This document shows, in pieces, positions 41,862 to 47,248 of a stretch of DNA of 47,248 bases. The DNA lies in the IMG/VR virus record IMGVR_UViG_2721755657_000003, one strand, 5' to 3'. This DNA comes from a virus. Lineage: Duplodnaviria > Heunggongvirae > Uroviricota > Caudoviricetes. The stretch's first letter is position 1, and each line of letters starts with the position of its first letter. The notes under the pieces are model-generated. The model was given only the letters and a program-made list of their open reading frames with translations, was not told the DNA's origin and did no database searches. Position numbers and translations under genes: made by a program.

Positions 41862-44462
41862 ATGAGCACAAAACCACTCTTCCTGTTACGGAAAGCGAAA
41901 AAATCATCCGGTGAACCTGACGTCGTCCTGTGGGCAAGCAACGATTTTGAATCGACCTGTGCCACTCTGGACTACCTGATCGTTAAGTCAGGTAAAAAAC
42001 TGAGCAGCTATTTTAAAGCTGTTGCCACGAATTTTCCTGTCGTTAATGACCTGCCCGCTGAAGGTGAGATCGATTTTACCTGGAGTGAACGCTATCAACT
42101 CAGCAAAGACTCCATGACATGGGAACTAAAACCGGGAGCAGCACCAGACAACGCTCACTATCAAGGCAATACCAACGTCAACGGCGAAGACATGACTGAG
42201 ATTGAGGAGAATATGCTACTCCCAATTTCTGGCCAGGAACTGCCCATTCGTTGGCTTGCTCAACACGGCAGCGAAAAACCGGTAACGCACGTTTCACGCG
42301 ACGGACTCCAGGCATTACACATTGCTCGGGCTGAAGAACTACCGGCTGTTACTGCCCTGGCTGTTTCCCACAAAACCAGCCTGCTCGACCCGCTGGAAAT
42401 TCGCGAACTCCACAAACTGGTTCGTGACACTGACAAAGTTTTCCCTAATCCTGGTAATTCAAACCTGGGACTGATAACTGCTTTTTTCGAAGCATACCTG
42501 AACGCTGACTACACCGATCGAGGACTGCTGACAAAAGAGTGGATGAAGGGTAATCGTGTTTCACACATCACTCGCACGGCTTCCGGTGCTAATGCTGGCG
42601 GCGGAAACCTCACCGATCGCGGCGAAGGTTTCGTACACGATCTGACGTCACTGGCGCGCGACGTAGCCACTGGCGTACTGGCCCGTTCAATGGATCTGGA
42701 CATCTATAACCTTCATCCGGCACACGCTAAACGCATTGAGGAAATTATCGCTGAAAATAAACCGCCCTTTTCTGTTTTCCGCGACAAATTCATCACCATG
42801 CCTGGCGGGCTGGATTATTCCCGCGCCATCGTGGTTGCGTCCGTAAAAGAAGCACCAATTGGGATCGAGGTCATCCCCGCGCACGTCACTGAATATCTGA
42901 ACAAAGTACTGACTGAAACCGATCATGCCAACCCTGATCCGGAAATCGTGGATATTGCCTGCGGTCGCTCCTCTGCCCCGATGCCGCAGCGAGTAACAGA
43001 AGAAGGAAAACAGGATGATGAAGAAAAACCGCAACCATCTGGAACAACGGCAGTTGAACAGGGAGAGGCTGAAACAATGGAACAGGACGCAACTGAACAT
43101 CATCAGGACACGCAGCCGCTGGATGCTCAGTCACAGGTAAATTCTGTTGATGCGAAATATCAGGAACTGCGGGCAGAACTCCATGAAGCCCGGAAAAACA
43201 TTCCATCAAAAAATCCTGTCGATGCCGATAAATTGCTTGCTGCATCACGTGGTGAATTTGTTGACGGAATTAGCGACCCGAACGATCCGAAATGGGTAAA
43301 GGGGATCCAGACTCGCGATTGTGTGTACCAGAACCAGCCAGAAACGGAAAAAACCAGCCCGGATATGAATCAACCTGAGCCAGTAGTGCAACAGGAACCG
43401 GAAATAGCCTGCAATGCCTGCGGCCAGACTGGCGGGGATAACTGCCCTGACTGTGGTGCGGTGATGGGCGACGCAACATACCAGGAAACATTCGATGAAG
43501 AGAGTCAGGTTGAAGCTAAGGAAAATGATCCGGAGGAAATGGAAGGCGCTGAACATCCGCACAATGAGAATGCTGGCAGCGATCCGCATCGCGATTGCAG
43601 TGATGAAACTGGCGAAGTCGCAGATCCCGTAATCGTAGAAGACATAGAGCCAGGTATTTATTACGGAATTTCGAATGAGAATTACCACGCGGGTCCCGGT
43701 ATCAGTAAGTCTCAGCTCGATGACATTGCTGATACTCCGGCACTATATTTGTGGCGTAAAAATGCCCCCGTGGACACCACAAAGACAAAAACGCTCGATT
43801 TAGGAACTGCTTTCCACTGCCGGGTACTTGAACAGGAAGAATTCAGTAACCGCTTTATCGTAGCACCTGAATTTAACCGCCGTACAAACGCCGGAAAAGA
43901 AGAAGAGAAAGCGTTTCTGATGGAATGCGCAAGCACAGGAAAAACGGTTATCACTGCGGAAGAAGGCCGGAAAATTGAACTCATGTATCAAAGCGTTATG
44001 GCTTTGCCGCTGGGGCAATGGCTTGTTGAAAGCGCCGGACACGCTGAATCATCAATTTACTGGGAAGATCCTGAAACAGGAATTTTGTGTCGGTGCCGTC
44101 CGGACAAAATTATCCCTGAATTTCACTGGATCATGGACGTGAAAACTACGGCGGATATTCAACGATTCAAAACCGCTTATTACGACTACCGCTATCACGT
44201 TCAGGATGCATTCTACAGTGACGGTTATGAAGCACAGTTTGGAGTGCAGCCAACTTTCGTTTTTCTGGTTGCCAGCACAACTATTGAATGCGGACGTTAT
44301 CCGGTTGAAATTTTCATGATGGGCGAAGAAGCAAAACTGGCAGGTCAACAGGAATATCACCGCAATCTGCGAACCCTGTCTGACTGCCTGAATACCGATG
44401 AATGGCCAGCTATTAAGACATTATCACTGCCCCGCTGGGCTAAGGAATATGCAAATGACTAA
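41862..44462 (+). CDS. recE: exodeoxyribonuclease VIII (RecE), full length
   Basis: 866-aa ORF, same length as K-12 RecE, with the C-terminal nuclease domain; stop overlaps the recT start. Confidence 0.95.
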   Translation: MSTKPLFLLRKAKKSSGEPDVVLWASNDFESTCATLDYLIVKSGKKLSSYFKAVATNFPVVNDLPAEGEIDFTWSERYQLSKDSMTWELKPGAAPDNAHYQGNTNVNGEDMTEIEENMLLPISGQELPIRWLAQHGSEKPVTHVSRDGLQALHIARAEELPAVTALAVSHKTSLLDPLEIRELHKLVRDTDKVFPNPGNSNLGLITAFFEAYLNADYTDRGLLTKEWMKGNRVSHITRTASGANAGGGNLTDRGEGFVHDLTSLARDVATGVLARSMDLDIYNLHPAHAKRIEEIIAENKPPFSVFRDKFITMPGGLDYSRAIVVASVKEAPIGIEVIPAHVTEYLNKVLTETDHANPDPEIVDIACGRSSAPMPQRVTEEGKQDDEEKPQPSGTTAVEQGEAETMEQDATEHHQDTQPLDAQSQVNSVDAKYQELRAELHEARKNIPSKNPVDADKLLAASRGEFVDGISDPNDPKWVKGIQTRDCVYQNQPETEKTSPDMNQPEPVVQQEPEIACNACGQTGGDNCPDCGAVMGDATYQETFDEESQVEAKENDPEEMEGAEHPHNENAGSDPHRDCSDETGEVADPVIVEDIEPGIYYGISNENYHAGPGISKSQLDDIADTPALYLWRKNAPVDTTKTKTLDLGTAFHCRVLEQEEFSNRFIVAPEFNRRTNAGKEEEKAFLMECASTGKTVITAEEGRKIELMYQSVMALPLGQWLVESAGHAESSIYWEDPETGILCRCRPDKIIPEFHWIMDVKTTADIQRFKTAYYDYRYHVQDAFYSDGYEAQFGVQPTFVFLVASTTIECGRYPVEIFMMGEEAKLAGQQEYHRNLRTLSDCLNTDEWPAIKTLSLPRWAKEYAND

Positions 44463-45264
44463 GCAACCACCAATCGCAAAAGCCGATCTGCAAAAAACTC
44501 AGGGAAACCGTGCACCAGCAGCAGTTAAAAATAGCGACGTGATTAGTTTTATTAACCAGCCATCAATGAAAGAGCAACTGGCAGCAGCTCTTCCACGCCA
44601 TATGACGGCTGAACGTATGATCCGTATCGCCACCACAGAAATTCGTAAAGTTCCGGCGTTAGGAAACTGTGACACTATGAGTTTTGTCAGTGCGATCGTA
44701 CAGTGTTCACAGCTCGGACTTGAGCCAGGTAGCGCCCTCGGTCATGCATATTTACTGCCTTTTGGTAATAAAAACGAAAAGAGCGGTAAAAAGAACGTTC
44801 AGCTAATCATTGGCTATCGCGGCATGATTGATCTGGCTCGCCGTTCTGGTCAAATCGCCAGCCTGTCAGCCCGTGTTGTCCGTGAAGGTGACGAGTTTAG
44901 CTTCGAATTTGGCCTTGATGAAAAGTTAATACACCGCCCGGGAGAAAACGAAGATGCCCCGGTTACCCACGTCTATGCTGTCGCAAGACTGAAAGACGGA
45001 GGTACTCAGTTTGAAGTTATGACGCGCAAACAGATTGAGCTGGTGCGCAGCCTGAGTAAAGCTGGTAATAACGGGCCGTGGGTAACTCACTGGGAAGAAA
45101 TGGCAAAGAAAACGGCTATTCGTCGCCTGTTCAAATATCTGCCCGTATCAATTGAGATCCAGCGTGCAGTATCAATGGATGAAAAGGAACCACTGACAAT
45201 CGATCCTGCAGATTCCTCTGTATTAACCGGGGAATACAGTGTAATCGATAATTCAGAGGAATAA
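44455..45264 (+). CDS. recT: recombinase RecT (single-strand annealing protein)
   Basis: ORF-track ORF trimmed to [23 protein letters not shown]... (269 aa); ATG overlaps the recE stop. Confidence 0.95.
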   Translation: MTKQPPIAKADLQKTQGNRAPAAVKNSDVISFINQPSMKEQLAAALPRHMTAERMIRIATTEIRKVPALGNCDTMSFVSAIVQCSQLGLEPGSALGHAYLLPFGNKNEKSGKKNVQLIIGYRGMIDLARRSGQIASLSARVVREGDEFSFEFGLDEKLIHRPGENEDAPVTHVYAVARLKDGGTQFEVMTRKQIELVRSLSKAGNNGPWVTHWEEMAKKTAIRRLFKYLPVSIEIQRAVSMDEKEPLTIDPADSSVLTGEYSVIDNSEE

Positions 45265-45323
45265 TTCAGCCTGGCGGTGTAATGCACCGCCAACTTGAAA
45301 TATTTTTTATGAGAAAAATTATG

Positions 45324-45515
45324 AGATATGACAATGTTAAACCATGTCCATTTTGTGGTTGTCCATCAGTAACGGTGAAAGCCATTTCAGGATATTACCG
45401 AGCGAAGTGTAACGGATGCGAATCCCGAACCGGTTATGGTGGAAGTGAAAAAGAAGCACTCGAAAGATGGAATAAACGAACCACTGGAAATAATAATGGA
45501 GGTGTTCATGTATAA
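45324..45515 (+). CDS. ralR: RalR (Lar) restriction-alleviation protein / type I toxin
   Basis: 64-aa Cys-rich protein MRYDNVKPCPFCGCPSVTVKAISGYYRAKCNGCESRTGYGG...; start chosen as recalled for K-12. Confidence 0.8.
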   Translation, partial: RYDNVKPCPFCGCPSVTVKAISGYYRAKCNGCESRTGYGGSEKEALERWNKRTTGNNNGGVHV

Positions 45516-45717
45516 AATTACCGCCACTATTGAAAAGGAAGGTGGCACTTCTACTAACTGGACAAGATATTCAAAATCTAAACTAACGAAATCAGAATGC
45601 GAAAAAATGCTCTCAGGTAAAAAAGAAGCAGGCGTTTCCAGAGAGCAGAAAGTAAAACTGATAAATTTTAATTGCGAGAAACTTCAGTCCTCGAGAATTG
45701 CATTGTATTCAAATTAA
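45508..45717 (+). CDS. ydaC: YdaC
   Basis: 69-aa ORF MYKITATIEKEGGTSTNWTRYSKSKLTKSECEK... overlapping the ralR stop. Confidence 0.65.
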   Translation: MYKITATIEKEGGTSTNWTRYSKSKLTKSECEKMLSGKKEAGVSREQKVKLINFNCEKLQSSRIALYSN

Positions 45718-45795
45718 AACTTCATAGCTGATTATTAATAATCAACATCGGGCGTCAATTTCAGTCTAACATTGGCGCCTGCCAGAGGTGATGCG

Positions 45796-46011
45796 ATGGC
45801 ACAAGTAATCTTTAATGAAGAGTGGATGGTTGAATACGGCCTGATGCTTCGCACTGGTCTGGGGGCCAGACAAATTGAAGCATACCGCCAGAACTGTTGG
45901 GTGGAGGGCTTCCACTTCAAACGAGTATCTCCTTTAGGTAAGCCAGACAGCAAACGAGGGATTATCTGGTACAACTATCCAAAGATAAATCAGTTTATCA
46001 AAGACTCATGA
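45796..46011 (+). CDS. xisR: excisionase (XisR/YdaQ)
   Basis: 71-aa [47 protein letters not shown]... immediately upstream of the integrase. Confidence 0.8.
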   Translation: MAQVIFNEEWMVEYGLMLRTGLGARQIEAYRQNCWVEGFHFKRVSPLGKPDSKRGIIWYNYPKINQFIKDS

Positions 46012-46012
46012 T

Positions 46013-47248
46013 ATGTCTAAATTACCAACAGGTGTCGAGATTAGAGGTAGATACATTCGCATCTGGTTCATGTTTCGAGGAAAACGATGTCGGGAAACAT
46101 TAAAAGGCTGGGAGATTACAAACAGTAATATTAAAAAGGCCGGAAATTTAAGATCGCTGATAGTTCATGAAATAAACTCCGGTGAATTTGAGTATTTAAG
46201 ACGTTTTCCCCAGTCCAGCACTGGGGCAAAAATGGTGACAACGAGAGTCATAAAAACGTTCGGAGAGCTTTGTGATATCTGGACAAAAATTAAAGAGACA
46301 GAGTTAACAACAAACACAATGAAGAAAACGAAATCACAATTAAAAACACTCAGAATAATAATTTGTGAAAGTACCCCGATATCACATATTCGTTATAGCG
46401 ATATCTTAAACTACCGGAATGAACTGCTGCATGGAGAAACGCTTTACCTGGATAATCCAAGATCCAACAAAAAAGGAAGAACCGTGCGCACAGTTGATAA
46501 CTATATCGCCCTGCTCTGTTCGCTGTTGCGTTTTGCGTATCAGTCGGGATTTATATCAACCAAACCATTTGAAGGAGTAAAAAAATTACAGCGAAACAGA
46601 ATAAAGCCTGATCCGTTATCTAAAACAGAATTCAATGCATTAATGGAAAGTGAAAAAGGACAGAGCCAGAACTTGTGGAAATTTGCCGTTTACTCAGGAC
46701 TTCGTCACGGGGAACTGGCAGCTCTGGCGTGGGAGGATGTGGATCTCGAAAAGGGAATAGTGAATGTCAGAAGAAACCTGACGATACTTGATATGTTCGG
46801 TCCCCCAAAAACAAATGCCGGGATCCGAACAGTAACACTACTGCAGCCTGCTCTTGAAGCACTGAAGGAGCAATACAAACTGACCGGGCATCATCGCAAA
46901 AGCGAAATCACCTTTTATCATCGGGAGTACGGCAGAACCGAAAAGCAAAAACTGCATTTTGTTTTCATGCCCAGGGTGTGTAACGGAAAACAAAAACCTT
47001 ATTACTCGGTAAGCAGTTTGGGGGCAAGGTGGAATGCAGCAGTAAAACGTGCTGGTATTCGCCGCCGTAATCCGTACCATACGCGGCATACTTTTGCCTG
47101 CTGGCTGTTGACGGCAGGAGCGAACCCGGCATTTATAGCCAGCCAAATGGGGCATGAAACTGCGCAGATGGTGTATGAAATTTACGGTATGTGGATTGAT
47201 GACATGAACGACGAACAGATAGCCATGTTGAATGCGCGGTTATCGTAG
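46013..47248 (+). CDS. intR: tyrosine integrase (Rac IntR-type)
   Basis: 411-aa ORF MSKLPTGVEIRGRYIRIWFMFRGKRCRETLKGW...; C-terminal catalytic region (HTRHTFACWLL...VYEIYG). Confidence 0.95.
   Translation: MSKLPTGVEIRGRYIRIWFMFRGKRCRETLKGWEITNSNIKKAGNLRSLIVHEINSGEFEYLRRFPQSSTGAKMVTTRVIKTFGELCDIWTKIKETELTTNTMKKTKSQLKTLRIIICESTPISHIRYSDILNYRNELLHGETLYLDNPRSNKKGRTVRTVDNYIALLCSLLRFAYQSGFISTKPFEGVKKLQRNRIKPDPLSKTEFNALMESEKGQSQNLWKFAVYSGLRHGELAALAWEDVDLEKGIVNVRRNLTILDMFGPPKTNAGIRTVTLLQPALEALKEQYKLTGHHRKSEITFYHREYGRTEKQKLHFVFMPRVCNGKQKPYYSVSSLGARWNAAVKRAGIRRRNPYHTRHTFACWLLTAGANPAFIASQMGHETAQMVYEIYGMWIDDMNDEQIAMLNARLS

Overview
The window is essentially one complete Rac-type lambdoid prophage of Escherichia coli, lying inverted so that the phage rightward (replication to late) genes are on the minus strand. 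All calls come from reading the ORF translations and sequence by eye and from recalled protein sequences; no database search was run. Right to left: integrase/excisionase, ydaC, ralR, recT/recE, racC, ydaE, kilR, sieB and the racR repressor, then divergent ydaS/ydaT and the O-like/DnaC-like replication genes (ydaU/ydaV). A nin-like region follows, holding an AT-rich 689-aa P-loop NTPase with a C-terminal PD-(D/E)xK-like motif, flanked by its own terminator. Next come a putative Q antiterminator with a bidirectional intrinsic terminator, a cargo cassette of two outer-membrane lipoproteins resembling TolA domain III, and a phage-21-type lysis cassette (dual-start pinholin, SAR endolysin, Rz/Rz1). 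Between lysis and packaging sit the AT-rich trkG, a ParB-like nuclease-domain protein and a 318-aa unknown. The late region has a non-lambda head module (TerS, TerL, portal, MuF-like, scaffold, capsid) joined to a lambda-like tail module (G/GT frameshift, tape measure, M, L, K, I, J, lom, stf, tfa). Compared with the defective K-12 Rac, the nin/Q/lysis and head/tail modules are intact here. No rRNA, tRNA, CRISPR array or IS element was found. The strongest candidate for an undescribed system is the 689-aa ATPase-nuclease gene; the TolA-like lipoprotein pair is second.
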